The position numbers and the translations under genes are program-made. The notes below the pieces were generated by a model. That model did no database searches, was not told the origin of the DNA, and saw only the letters and a program-made list of their open reading frames with translations. A stretch of 64,000 bases of DNA, taken from the NCBI GenBank assembly GCA_963933835.1, contig CAWVVV010000003.1, positions 224,001 through 288,000 on the forward strand, written 5' to 3'. The stretch comes from an uncultured Puniceicoccaceae bacterium. GTDB lineage: Bacteria > Verrucomicrobiota > Verrucomicrobiia > Opitutales > Oceanipulchritudinaceae. Positions 9,402 to 19,589 of this stretch are shown piece by piece. Every line of letters begins with the position of its first letter. The first letter of the stretch is position 1.

Positions 9402-10625
9402 GTGGAAAGTCGCTGGTCCATACCTCTGGGACGTATTCTCGGGATTAAACTAGAGCTGCACTTTAGCTTCGCTCTAGTCCTCCTATTGATGGCTGGGAAC
9501 GGCTATCAAATTGATGGCTGGGCGGGTGCCATCGGTTACAGCCTCTATCTGGTATGTGGCTTCGCGTGCGTTGTGCTCCACGAGCTGGGCCATAGCTTAG
9601 TTGCACGCCACTATGGCATCCCTACTCTTCGGATTTGGCTGCTTCCCATCGGAGGCATGGCCGAACTCGCAGAAATGCCGCGCCGACCGCGCACCGAATT
9701 TCTCATTACGATTGCAGGCCCACTGGTTAACTTCGCCATCGTCCTCACTATTGGAGCGCTCTTTATCATCAACAACGCGAAGGGCCTTCTGCTCCTTAAC
9801 CCTCTGGCGATCGACAACGCGGTACAGTCCTACAGTGTCCTTGGGTTCGCGAGCGTGCTCTACCTTTGGAATATCGGAATGGGCTTCTTCAATCTGCTCC
9901 CGATTTTCCCAATGGATGGCGGGCGGATTCTGCGCTCTGTCCTCAACCATTTCACCAAAGACTATCTCAAGTCGACGCGTTGGACACTATGGGTCGGCAA
10001 ACCCATATTCTTTGTTCTGATTCTCGGAGCTGCCTACCAAGATAACTGGTTTTTGGCGCTCCTCCTCCTCTTTGTAATGTTTCTGGGAGAACTCGAGTGG
10101 CGCTTCGTGCGCCGACGTGAGCGCTACGTCGATCTCGCGATTGGAAATTTCACGGCAAGGACCTTCCATTGCTATCCCCGTGCTACGACAATTGCCGAGG
10201 CCATCGACATTATCCAATTTCACCAGCCACCGGAAATAGTATTAAGCAAAGGTGGCGAAGTAGCGGGCATCTTCACTTCGGCCGAAGTTCAACGACTCGC
10301 GGTCTTGCACCCCCTCGACCGGCCGCTCGCTGGACTCTTACCCGTTCCATCCGCCCTCCAGATGACGTGGTCACTTTCCATGCTCGGCCAACAGCTCGAA
10401 AGCCGCATCCCTCGAAGTTATCCAGTTTATCACCGTGAAGACCTCATCGGAGTTTTTCGCTCTGGGGATATTGATCGCCTCATGGATGTCCACCGCCTGC
10501 GCCTGCGTAGAAGCCAAGATACAATCGCCACAGGTGAATTAATTCCAGCGCTCGATCAAGGCACTCCACTCGAGACCCGCACACAGATTACGAGAACAAA
10601 GGAGTTCCCTTCCCCCCAGTCTTGA
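9402..10625 (+). CDS. Site-2 protease (M50 family) with degenerate CBS-like C-terminus
   Basis: HELGH, IAGPLVN and NLLPIFPMDGGRILR, plus several TM segments. Start uncertain (GTG 9402; the ORF opens at 9354). Confidence 0.88.
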   Translation: MESRWSIPLGRILGIKLELHFSFALVLLLMAGNGYQIDGWAGAIGYSLYLVCGFACVVLHELGHSLVARHYGIPTLRIWLLPIGGMAELAEMPRRPRTEFLITIAGPLVNFAIVLTIGALFIINNAKGLLLLNPLAIDNAVQSYSVLGFASVLYLWNIGMGFFNLLPIFPMDGGRILRSVLNHFTKDYLKSTRWTLWVGKPIFFVLILGAAYQDNWFLALLLLFVMFLGELEWRFVRRRERYVDLAIGNFTARTFHCYPRATTIAEAIDIIQFHQPPEIVLSKGGEVAGIFTSAEVQRLAVLHPLDRPLAGLLPVPSALQMTWSLSMLGQQLESRIPRSYPVYHREDLIGVFRSGDIDRLMDVHRLRLRRSQDTIATGELIPALDQGTPLETRTQITRTKEFPSPQS

Positions 10626-10666
10626 CATGGCGTCAATCTCTTCCAACCTTCCGACTTTTTCCTTGG

Positions 10667-10743
10667 GACAGCGTAGCTCAGTTGGTTAGAGCGAAGGACT
10701 CATAAGCCTTAGGTCGGCGGTTCAACTCCGCCCGCTGTCACCA
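10667..10743 (+). tRNA. tRNA with CAT anticodon (elongator Met or Ile2)
   Basis: Acceptor stem GACAGCG/CGCTGTC-A-CCA, D arm TAGCTCAGTTGGTTAGAGC, anticodon loop CTCATAA, T arm GGCGG-TTCAACT-CCGCC. Confidence 0.95.
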
Positions 10744-10941
10744 TTTTACCCAGGCTATCAAGCGGGTAAGTCGCTGAGTGGGATCTAGCCTCACGAACGT
10801 CTCAACGGAAGCCACCAGGGCCTTTCTTTAGAAGATAAGCCGTGCCATTGGCGACTCAGCATCCCAGCCTAAGTCGTCCTCTTCTCTAAGGCATCCTTTC
10901 AAACTGCCCCATACATGCCTTTTCATCTTTGTTTTTAAATA

Positions 10942-10986
10942 TTTCTTGCAAACTATGAAATGCATGTTTTCTTGTTCTTAAAGAAA
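10942..10986. promoter_or_regulatory. Two tandem palindromes TTTCTT-N7-A(T/A)GAAA, candidate operator of the downstream XRE regulator
   Basis: 10942-10960 TTTCTTgcaaactATGAAA and 10968-10986 TTTCTTgttcttaAAGAAA, immediately upstream of ATG 10997. Confidence 0.45.
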
Positions 10987-10996
10987 ATACTGCCCC

Positions 10997-11533
10997 ATGT
11001 CCCTGACTAAACCTACTTTCGACTTTTCTCCCCTTCGCGGCCTTCGTAAACGTGAAGGCATGACAATTGAGCAAGTCTCGGATCGAAGCGGTGTATCGGT
11101 TGCCGTTATTTCGAAAATCGAGCGCAATAAAAACTCTGCTGAGCTAGATACCCTCTACCGCATCGGGCGTGTTTTTGGAATGAATGCGGCTGACATGATC
11201 AGCCTCGCGGAGTCTCCTTTCGCTCATCGCGCAACAGAAAGCGATCATACCAACGGCGGATTTTCCTTTCGCCATGTGAACTATTCCAACGTGCGTGCGA
11301 TTCACGCCACGGCCTCGGCAGGCGCCGCAATCTCTAGTCCTGAGATTCATCGTGACGACCATGAACTCTGCTGGGTCTTAACGGGACGACTGTGTATCAC
11401 CCTGCCACATGAAGAAGTGAATTTGAATGCAGGCGAGAGCCTTCAATTTGACGCCGTCTTTGAGCACACCTACAAAGCAATCACCGATTGCGAACTCATC
11501 CTCATGCACGTGCGTAAAGAAAACCGCTACTAA
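10997..11533 (+). CDS. XRE-family HTH transcriptional regulator with cupin domain
   Basis: LRGLRKREGMTIEQVSDRSGVSVAVISKIER HTH; cupin motif H..DHELCWVLTG...LNAGESLQFDAVFEHTY. Confidence 0.9.
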   Translation: MSLTKPTFDFSPLRGLRKREGMTIEQVSDRSGVSVAVISKIERNKNSAELDTLYRIGRVFGMNAADMISLAESPFAHRATESDHTNGGFSFRHVNYSNVRAIHATASAGAAISSPEIHRDDHELCWVLTGRLCITLPHEEVNLNAGESLQFDAVFEHTYKAITDCELILMHVRKENRY

Positions 11534-11553
11534 GCTCGCCGCCTTTCCCCTTT

Positions 11554-11836
11554 ATGATGAAGAACCTCGACCGCTGCGCGATCCATACAATGACCACCAA
11601 GGCATGGGATCTACCCACTGCCTGTTCAAAATTTTCAGCTGCCGGTGTCAAAGGCGTTGGCGTCTGGCGTCAGTGGCTTGAAGGCCGCAGCCTCGCCGAA
11701 TCTAAGAGCTATCTCGATGACAACGGGCTCACTCCAGTCTCTCTCGTCCGTGGCGGATTCTTTACCGCAAAGACACCCGAGCTCCGCCAAGCCGCGATCG
11801 ACGAAAACAAAAAGTGCCTTGATGAAGCTGCCGCTT
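11554..11836 (+). pseudogene. Truncated sugar-phosphate isomerase/epimerase (xylose-isomerase-like TIM barrel), N-terminal third only
   Basis: AIHTMTTKAW...GVGVWR...LTPVSLVRGGFF...AIDENKKCLDEAAA matches the family N-terminus; after ~11836 the frame runs into unrelated low-information sequence. Confidence 0.75.
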
Positions 11837-11921
11837 TTTCTATCCAAGACTTTGATCCCTTACCAAAAAATATTCCAAAGCTTGATTCCCCACCCTTATC
11901 GGCACCATTCTTCAACTTTCG

Positions 11922-12143
11922 ATGTCTTCATCCAACTCACCTCAAGCATCCAGTGAAATCGCCATTCAGGCGGATCTGAAGCATCTTGCCTCTCTCAAAG
12001 CAGATGCTCAAGGCGACATCGACTGGTCGCTCATCGAGGCCAATCTAAAGCGTTCGCCTGAGGAACGGATCAAGTCGTGCCAAGAAGCCATCACTCAAGT
12101 CTCACTCCTTCAGACAGCAATGAGACAGGCAACCCATGGCTGA
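11922..12143 (+). CDS. Small helical protein, partner of the downstream nucleotidyltransferase (antitoxin-like)
   Basis: IDWSLIEANLKRSPEERI motif; 8-bp overlap with the next gene. Confidence 0.6.
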   Translation: MSSSNSPQASSEIAIQADLKHLASLKADAQGDIDWSLIEANLKRSPEERIKSCQEAITQVSLLQTAMRQATHG

Positions 12144-12624
12144 TCTCATCGGTCTCCTAAAAAGGCTCGCCGCTGCCGAAGTTGATTTCGTCCTCGTCGG
12201 GGGACTTGCAGCCGTCACCCACGGATCGTCTCTCCTCACTCAAGACGTCGATGTCTGCATTCGCCTTGGCGCCGAAAATCTTGCGCGCATTCAGAACGCT
12301 TTAAAAGACCTCAAGCCTGTCCACCGAATGTCTCATCAAGAGCGGCCCTTCTCCGATGAACCTGCTGTTCTCAACACCTTTAAAAACATCTATCTAGATA
12401 CCGAGATTGGACAGCTAGACTGCCTCGGTACAATTTTGGGACTGGGAGACTGTGATGCCGTTCAGGCATCGAGCATTCAGATTCAGCTCGGTGATCATAC
12501 GGTCCACGTTCTCTCCATCGATGGCCTCATTACTGCAAAATCTGCGCTTAACCGCGACCGCGATATCGAGGCTGTTAAACAGCTCAAAGAGATCAAAAAA
12601 CGCCAATCGCCTCCTACGATATAG
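12136..12624 (+). CDS. Pol-beta-superfamily nucleotidyltransferase (AbiEii/DUF6036-like)
   Basis: FVLVGGLAAVTHG...TQDVD, third Asp in GQLD, C-terminal LITAKSALNRDRD. Confidence 0.8.
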   Translation: MADLIGLLKRLAAAEVDFVLVGGLAAVTHGSSLLTQDVDVCIRLGAENLARIQNALKDLKPVHRMSHQERPFSDEPAVLNTFKNIYLDTEIGQLDCLGTILGLGDCDAVQASSIQIQLGDHTVHVLSIDGLITAKSALNRDRDIEAVKQLKEIKKRQSPPTI

Positions 12625-12768
12625 GGCCACGGGTGTAGTCTTCTTTAAAGCCGCTGAAGAACTGCACTGGAGGGACAGGCTCCTCCATACTTAATCTCTA
12701 CATAATTGGAATTACGTTAAAAAGTCAGTCTTCAATAGGAGATTTCCTCTGAGCAGCTCAAACCTTTC

Positions 12769-12798
12769 AGCGGCAGTTCCGGCAACGGAGCTGCCGCT
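12769..12798 (+). terminator. Stable GNRA-capped hairpin between convergent genes (terminator-like)
   Basis: AGCGGCAGTTCCG-GCAA-CGGAGCTGCCGCT, 13-bp stem; only a weak T tract follows. Confidence 0.5.
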
Positions 12799-12838
12799 TA
12801 TTAATGCCCAGGTCTAGCCACAAAGGCTTATCGACCAC

Positions 12839-14317
12839 CTAACCGACCGTCGCGTTGCGCTTCTCAACGAGCCACTTGTCTACTTTATTGGATACGATAA
12901 CTCCGTAGTTAATTGTCCCTAGCCAACCGCTCATAATGATGCCGACGGAGCCGGCATGGTAGAGACCTGTCAATTGATCAGGCAGCGCCTGTGAGACTTT
13001 AAGGCCTTCAAATTTCGTCCCGAAGGACGTTCCACCGATATGGCGCACATAGCGATTCACCGTCCGCGGTGTTGCGGCTTCGATATGATCAATCTTTTCG
13101 CGCACATCAGGAATGTAGCGCTCCAAGGCCTTTAGAGAGCTTTCGATAAGCCACTGTTTTTCGGTCTCATAGTCTTCGTCTGAAAGTTTCGCCCAGTCGT
13201 CCCACTGTGCATTGATCGAGGCGACGATAGCGTAGCGCGGTTCCTTCGTATGCGGGCGCGTATCTGGGTAGTAGACTGAGAACGTGCGGCTGCTGGAACG
13301 CATTCCAGTGAGCTCATCCATTGTGAAGTCTTCTGCTTCCGAAGTAAAAACGAGGTCGCCGATAAACGGGATACTCTCCCCTTTCCTGATCCCCATGTAG
13401 ACTTGGCAGGAGCTTGTATTCACACGCACGGCCTTCGCCTCTTCGAGATATTCCGGCGTAAATTTCTCCTCACCCGCGAGACGCAAAATGGTGTTCTTCA
13501 CATTCGCATTTGAAACAACGGCCTTACAGCGGATGAAACGCTCGGGCATCTCCTCGCCGGTATTCTGGCTTTGTGCACGCACCCCGACGACCTCTTGTTT
13601 TCCATCCTCACCAAGCTCTGTTACTACCTCTTTCACGAGGGAGCATTTCCGCAGTTCAACACCGTTTTGCTTCAACTCGGTCTGCATCATCTTCACGAGC
13701 GTATCAGTGCCCCCTTTGAAGATGAAGACACCTTTGTTCATGAAGTTGGAGAAGACGATCCCATAGGTGATCGCCGGATCCTTCGTCGATGAACCGTTGG
13801 CGTAACTGATCGGTTCCATCAGGAGTCGGTGCACATCATTGCGGCCAGGGAAAAACTCTTCGAAGAGTTCGCCCGTTGTTTGCGAATCGTCATCGTAGAA
13901 ATTCATCGAAGCGAGGCGCGCAAAGAAGGCCTCCACTTGTTCCTTTTCGATCCCAAAGTCCTCGGTCAGAACACGGATAAAATCAACCTTATCAAAGGTC
14001 GTCTTCACGTTCATCTGTGGATTGATGAAACGCACATCATCGAGCTGCTCGATCCGGTCTGCGATTTCGCGCGTCCAGTACTTACGGCAGCTCTTGATCA
14101 TCCCATGCGGGAATCCATGTAAGGAAATATCAAATACATGACTACCTGGACGCTTGAACCAAGTTGCGAGTCCACCAAACTGATAATGGTGCTCAAGGCA
14201 GAGAACCTTGTGCCCAGCCTTCGCTAGGACATTGGCGCTTGTCAGCCCACCTAGCCCTGAGCCGATGACCACGACGTCGTATTCCTCTTCAACTCCATCT
14301 AACCAATCTTTTGCCAT
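12839..14317 (-). CDS. Phytoene-desaturase-family FAD-dependent oxidoreductase
   Basis: [16 protein letters not shown]ossmann motif, [15 protein letters not shown]...FGTK and GLYHAGS. Confidence 0.8.
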   Translation of the reverse strand: MAKDWLDGVEEEYDVVVIGSGLGGLTSANVLAKAGHKVLCLEHHYQFGGLATWFKRPGSHVFDISLHGFPHGMIKSCRKYWTREIADRIEQLDDVRFINPQMNVKTTFDKVDFIRVLTEDFGIEKEQVEAFFARLASMNFYDDDSQTTGELFEEFFPGRNDVHRLLMEPISYANGSSTKDPAITYGIVFSNFMNKGVFIFKGGTDTLVKMMQTELKQNGVELRKCSLVKEVVTELGEDGKQEVVGVRAQSQNTGEEMPERFIRCKAVVSNANVKNTILRLAGEEKFTPEYLEEAKAVRVNTSSCQVYMGIRKGESIPFIGDLVFTSEAEDFTMDELTGMRSSSRTFSVYYPDTRPHTKEPRYAIVASINAQWDDWAKLSDEDYETEKQWLIESSLKALERYIPDVREKIDHIEAATPRTVNRYVRHIGGTSFGTKFEGLKVSQALPDQLTGLYHAGSVGIIMSGWLGTINYGVIVSNKVDKWLVEKRNATVG

Positions 14318-14401
14318 ATCGTAAGCACTAGGCGTCGCCCATTCGCCCGCGATCGGCAAGCGGAAAGGCACAGTGAGGCTCAGTCCACGGGAATCGAAGC
14401 C

Positions 14402-16795
14402 CTATTGAGTCTTACCCGCGACGTCCGTAATAGCCTGCTCTTCCTCAGGGCGGCCCGTTTCACTACAGTATTCCGCGAAGCCCTCCAGACCTTTGCTTCG
14501 GCCAACCACGTAGACGACATCGCCGCCACGCAGCATGAGATCGGGCCGCGGTGAAGTGATGCGCTCTTCACCCCGCTGCAGACCAATCACGCTGACACCG
14601 AAACGCTTCCGCACATCCACGCCCGCCAGCGTATTTCCATCGACCGAGGAGTTAGGCAAAACGTAGAGCGGTCGGAAATCGATCTCTGGCTTCTCTTCAG
14701 ATTCTCCACCAGTGTCGCGCGTCTGCCGCACGATTCCCTCGGCAGCTAAAAGTTGCTCGGAGTCACCAAGGAGAATGAGCACATCTCCGGGGAAAAGTGG
14801 TGTATCTGGACTAGGGTCAAAGACCTCTAGATCGTCGCGGCTAAGGCCGATCACGGTTGCACCCGAATCATCGCGGATACGCGTATCTCGGATGCGGCAA
14901 CCGGCGAGATCCGAATGCGCGGGCACCACGATCTCGCGCACTTCGACCTCCCATGGATATTTCTCCCGAATCTCCGACATAACAGCCTCTCGGTGGTGTT
15001 CTTCGGCGACCTGCACGTGCTCGCGAAAACTATCCATGAAGAGCAATTCTAGGCTCTGATTAAAACGTGCCAACCGGCGCCAAAAGACGACCCCGATGAC
15101 GACGATAAAGACGACAACGATCGCAAGCAGGCTCTTTGCCGGAAGCCAAGGTGAGGCAAAGGAAACATAGAAACCGCCGACCACAAACGAGCTCAGAACC
15201 AAACTCAGGCCGTTGAAGAGATTGCGCATCCGTCCCTGAAGAATGGGTTCTTCATCACGCGTTTCAAAGAGCGCCTCGGTCATGCGGTAGAGAAGCTGAT
15301 TGAGGCTCGCTATGATCGTGAAAAGGAATGGTGCGAGGCAGAGTGCGATAAAGAGCCAGAGGCAGAGCAAAACGACACCGGCGTAGGACTCAGCTATAAG
15401 TTCCGTCGAACTGACATGCCTCGCCGTGAAGAATCCACCGATAAGGACAGCATTCTGCAGAAGGAAGTAAGCGAAGATTCGGCTCAGCGGCTGGCGAATT
15501 TCTTGCAGGATACGGTTCCGCCCCAGTTGCGTAACACTGTGCTCAATCAACTCGTGATAGAATGTCCCAAAGCGCTGCAGGCGAGCCGGTATCTTCAGCG
15601 CGATAAAATCTGCCACATCCCCAGAATGCTTTGTCAGAAAAGGGGTTAGCAGGATCGTCACAAACGCGACTCCGTAAGCCAGACTCGCCATCTCGCGCAT
15701 CGCCGGATCATCGCCGACTAGGCTCAAACCAAGGCTCGCGATGATGAAGCTAAACTCGCCGATTTGTGCCTTCGCTACTCCCGCCCGAAAACTCGTCCGC
15801 GCTGGTTGTCCTGAGAGAAAGAGTCCAAGCCAGCAGCTTGTAATCTTTCCAAATACAACAAGCAGTGCCACGAGCAGGACCCAACCGATATTCGCGATGA
15901 TAGCCAGCGGATCCATGAGCATGCCGACGGTGACAAAAAACACTGCGCTGAAAAGATCGTGCAAGGGGCGGTGAACGTGCTCCAGATCCTTCGAGTGGGG
16001 TGTCTGCGCAAGCATTGCACCCGCGAGAAACGCTCCGAGCGCTGGTGAGAAATTCAGCTTAAGCGCCAGCACACTGACCCCAAGAACAAGCCCGAGGCTG
16101 AAGATCGTGCTGACCTCGTGGTTATCGTCGTCTCGGCAGAGAAACTTCAACACCCTTGGTGCAAGAATCCGGCCCACCGTAAAAACTGCGAAGACGAAGA
16201 CGCCCATAAAAAAGATCACAAGCCACGCCGCATCCCATTCAAACTGTCGCGTGACGGCCGTTCCCGTCAGGATAACGAGCAGCACAACCGCCAGGATGTC
16301 CTCCATTACGAGGATACCGATCGCGAGCTGCGCGTGAGGCATCTTCATGCGGTTTTGGTCATTCAACACCTTGACCGTTACCATCGAAGAACTGATCGCT
16401 AGAAGGCTCCCGAGGAACAGTGCTTCAATCGAAGACCAGCCAAAGAGCGATGCGACGACATGGGCTAGATAGATCATCCCGATGGTCTGAAGCATCAGCG
16501 CCAGCAAGGTCGGCCAGAGGAGGGATTTTAGCCGCCTCAAATCAAATTCGAGCCCGATAAAGAAGAGTAGAAAGATGATCCCCAGCTCACTCAGCTCTTG
16601 GATCGACCCGAACTCCTGCACAACCGAGGGAAGGCCGATCTTACCGCCGAGAAGGATCCCTGCGAGGAGGTAGCCAAAGATCGCTGGCAGGCGCAGCCAT
16701 TGAAAAAGCAGAAGAACCATCGCCGCCGCGAAAACGACAATCCCTAAGTCCGAAACAAGCGATCCCCCAGCCGAAGCTGCTAATACCAAAACCAT
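14402..16795 (-). CDS. CPA2-family cation:proton antiporter with two C-terminal TrkA-C (RCK-C) domains
   Basis: LSELGIIFLLFFIGLEF, AISSS, GILVMEDI, LGAFLAG, FFVTVG and AQIGEFSFI; two TrkA-C repeats. Start uncertain. Confidence 0.88.
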   Translation of the reverse strand: MVLVLAASAGGSLVSDLGIVVFAAAMVLLLFQWLRLPAIFGYLLAGILLGGKIGLPSVVQEFGSIQELSELGIIFLLFFIGLEFDLRRLKSLLWPTLLALMLQTIGMIYLAHVVASLFGWSSIEALFLGSLLAISSSMVTVKVLNDQNRMKMPHAQLAIGILVMEDILAVVLLVILTGTAVTRQFEWDAAWLVIFFMGVFVFAVFTVGRILAPRVLKFLCRDDDNHEVSTIFSLGLVLGVSVLALKLNFSPALGAFLAGAMLAQTPHSKDLEHVHRPLHDLFSAVFFVTVGMLMDPLAIIANIGWVLLVALLVVFGKITSCWLGLFLSGQPARTSFRAGVAKAQIGEFSFIIASLGLSLVGDDPAMREMASLAYGVAFVTILLTPFLTKHSGDVADFIALKIPARLQRFGTFYHELIEHSVTQLGRNRILQEIRQPLSRIFAYFLLQNAVLIGGFFTARHVSSTELIAESYAGVVLLCLWLFIALCLAPFLFTIIASLNQLLYRMTEALFETRDEEPILQGRMRNLFNGLSLVLSSFVVGGFYVSFASPWLPAKSLLAIVVVFIVVIGVVFWRRLARFNQSLELLFMDSFREHVQVAEEHHREAVMSEIREKYPWEVEVREIVVPAHSDLAGCRIRDTRIRDDSGATVIGLSRDDLEVFDPSPDTPLFPGDVLILLGDSEQLLAAEGIVRQTRDTGGESEEKPEIDFRPLYVLPNSSVDGNTLAGVDVRKRFGVSVIGLQRGEERITSPRPDLMLRGGDVVYVVGRSKGLEGFAEYCSETGRPEEEQAITDVAGKTQ

Positions 16796-17068
16796 ATGCC
16801 TATCGATAGTAGCCAACTCGGACTTGGCAAATGCTTCTACTCGTAGAGCTGAATAAGCCCAGTTTTCGCAAATAAAGACATCCCTCTACGGAATTGTAAC
16901 TATCTAACGCTCAGTAGGTAACTGATTTGTAACGAAAGGCTGTTTTTGTCTGGCAAGACTGTTAATTAGATGTTCATAACTTTTCAAAAGCAGGCGTAAG
17001 GCTGTGTCAAATCAGTCGTTTCATCAGCTTAGTTAGACCCGTATGGTCGAAGTGTTCAGTCTCTCAAA

Positions 17069-18330
17069 GTGGGTAAAAACGAGAAAGATAAGCTTCAGGA
17101 TATCCTAAGGCAGCGAGACAAGTATGAGTCGCTGGGGGTTCTCGCGGGCGGCATAGCCCATGACTTTAGAAATTATCTTTCAGGCATTGTAAGCCAAGCC
17201 GAAGTCGCTCGAGACCATTTAAACAAGCAAATTGAGGGCGACAGCCAAGTGGCAGAAGAGGCGCTCGACACCATTTTAAACTCGGCCAAATAAGCCGGTG
17301 AGCTCGTTCGCCGCCTCCTCGCCTTCAGTGACCCCGGAGCACTCATAGAGCCAGTCCCTGTCGACCTTCACCGCGAAGTCCGGACCGTCTCTGCCGCTTG
17401 GTCGACACAGGCCCTACTGACACGGTCCGAGTCATCAATGACCCCGACCCATCAGAGTTGTGGATATCTTCCTTTCCCTACGCCCTCCAGCAAGTCTGCC
17501 TGAACCTCATTGTAAATGCTTCCGATGCTATCGGCGAGCGCGGTGGATTTGTTCGCGTTGAAACCGTACCGCACACCCTGAAGGTGACGCGAACGACGCG
17601 CGACGGTCGCGATCTGCTTCCCGGTGACTACGCCGCTATTCGGGTGATCGACAACGGGCCCGGGATTCCGGATGCCGTTCAGCGCAAAATTTTCGATCCA
17701 TTCTTTTCCACCAAAGGCCGCAACGATCGCAATGGTCTCGGTCTCGCGATGGTTCGACAAATCATCGAGGAAACGGGCGGCGACATCACTTTTGAGTCCG
17801 CTCTAGGGATTGGCACTCGTTTCGAGATCATCATCCCGATCGTTGACTCGCACGGCGAAGATTTCGCAGAAGACGCTGAGGTCGCTCCCATTCCGAGCAC
17901 GCCAGAACTCCATCCGAGTGAAGACGAACGCACCTCATCGAGTGTTCTTTTTCTCGAGGACGATCCGACTATTTCAGAAGGAGCCCGCATTATTCTGGAA
18001 AGCTGCGGATTTCGCGTAGAGCACTACGATAATGGCAACGACGGTCTGCTCGCACTCGAGCGGGAAGGAGCGCACTTCGACATCGTGCTCTGCGACTTCC
18101 ACCTCACTGACATGGATGCGACTGAATTCATCCGGAAAGCCGTCGCTAAAGGCATTGAGAAAAGATTTGTCCTCGTAACCGGCAGCCTCAATCACACCAA
18201 AAGCATTGCTCCGGAAGAAGCCTACATCGAAGAGATTTTCGAGAAGTCCATTAGCTACTTCACGGTCGCACGACGTCTCCACGCAATCTTGGGCAACGAA
18301 GACATCAAAATCCCCGAATTCGCGGTCTAA
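17069..18330 (+). pseudogene. Hybrid sensor histidine kinase (HisKA-HATPase-REC), disrupted
   Basis: H-box LGVLAGGIAHDFRN, then in-frame TAA at 17291-17293, after which AGELVRRLLAFS continues. A frameshift near 17390 leads into the frame with NLIVNASDA, DNGPGI, FDPFFSTK, GLGL and a REC domain. Confidence 0.8.
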
Positions 18331-18341
18331 AACCTTCGCGC

Positions 18342-19496
18342 CTACTCGGCACGCTCGATCGCGAATCGCCGCATTCCTTCCGCCACAAATGCAGCATAGA
18401 CGCGCGGTAAGGACGCGCGCTCAACGCCATCAATGAGGCGAGTATCCGAATAGTCACCGAGGCTTCCCCACGGATAGACCTCTTCTGAATTCAAGACCCA
18501 TGGTTCCAGATAAACAACCGGAGCCCTGAAGAGGCGCGCCGCCATCAGATTTCGACCCCAGACAAAGGGATTGTCATTCACTCGCACAGCATTCGAACGA
18601 GTGTAGTTAAAAGGCTCCAGACCTGTCGCCTCCGCCATCGACAATGCTACAGCAGAAGCAATCCCGAGCTCGATTTCGTGAAAACCAGCGAGCCAGCGAC
18701 GAGCCAGAAACAGCCGTTGCTCCTCACTCGCCAGCTCATCATCGAGGTAGGCCCCGTTCACGAGCACATGCCCATGATTCCCATCCACAAAAGAGTAGTT
18801 TTCAGGGTCGGGCCACGTTGAGGCGTTCACATGCATGGCAAAGACGACATGCGCTCCCCAGTTTTCAAGTTTACGGCCGCGCTCTCGGATATCCTCTCGT
18901 AGGAAAAGACGCCGAGTCTGGACCTCCGTCAAAGTGCTCCCTTCCTTCGCTGCCTCTCTGACAAAATCTTCCGGGCGCAAGGGCGTCACCGGACCAACAC
19001 TATCTCTGAGGAGCAGAACCTCAGCCCCCATCGACTGTAGTAAAGATTTTAGGTGAAATGCCGCTGCCAAAACCAAATCGCCTTCCTGCGCAACCGGTCC
19101 ATCGCCAATTCGAAACGAACGCGATTCCATCGGACCCCATTCACCGCCCAAATGCCCCGGATCGAGGGCGATCTTCCAACCCTCCAATGCCTTGTAAGCG
19201 CTTGTGATGGGTGACTCCGGCAACGTCACTTCCCAATCCGGCAGCGACGCCTCAAGCGCGCCAATTGCTTCTGTAGAGAAACGTGCCTCGAAGTCCTCAT
19301 CGCTGCTACGGAACCAGTCTTCAGCTGTCGGATCCGTTGCGTAGACCCTAAAGAGTTCCTCGACCTGTTCGGCCGATACGGAGATCTCCAAATCAGAGAG
19401 CGCCTTCCACTCGCTCCCTTCTGAGGCGATCACCGTGGGGCTCGAAAGGGTATATCCGAGTAAGAGGAAAATAACTACAGTAGAAGGAAATCGCAT
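18342..19496 (-). CDS. Secreted N-acetylmuramoyl-L-alanine amidase-like protein (Amidase_3 fold)
   Basis: Signal peptide; IALDPGHLGG, QEGDL, MHVNA and YLEP zinc/catalytic residues. Confidence 0.7.
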   Translation of the reverse strand: MRFPSTVVIFLLLGYTLSSPTVIASEGSEWKALSDLEISVSAEQVEELFRVYATDPTAEDWFRSSDEDFEARFSTEAIGALEASLPDWEVTLPESPITSAYKALEGWKIALDPGHLGGEWGPMESRSFRIGDGPVAQEGDLVLAAAFHLKSLLQSMGAEVLLLRDSVGPVTPLRPEDFVREAAKEGSTLTEVQTRRLFLREDIRERGRKLENWGAHVVFAMHVNASTWPDPENYSFVDGNHGHVLVNGAYLDDELASEEQRLFLARRWLAGFHEIELGIASAVALSMAEATGLEPFNYTRSNAVRVNDNPFVWGRNLMAARLFRAPVVYLEPWVLNSEEVYPWGSLGDYSDTRLIDGVERASLPRVYAAFVAEGMRRFAIERAE

Positions 19497-19589
19497 ACTT
19501 ATAAAAATCCAAGGAGGAGTGACCGAGCCCTGCAAGATTTATGCACCGCTTGCATCGCAGCCATCTCTTCGTAATTGTATAGGTATTAA

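Noticed and set aside
10744..12838. tRNA-integrated island with att duplication
   Set aside because: No repeat of the tRNA 3' end and no integrase were found, so it was not called as a mobile element.
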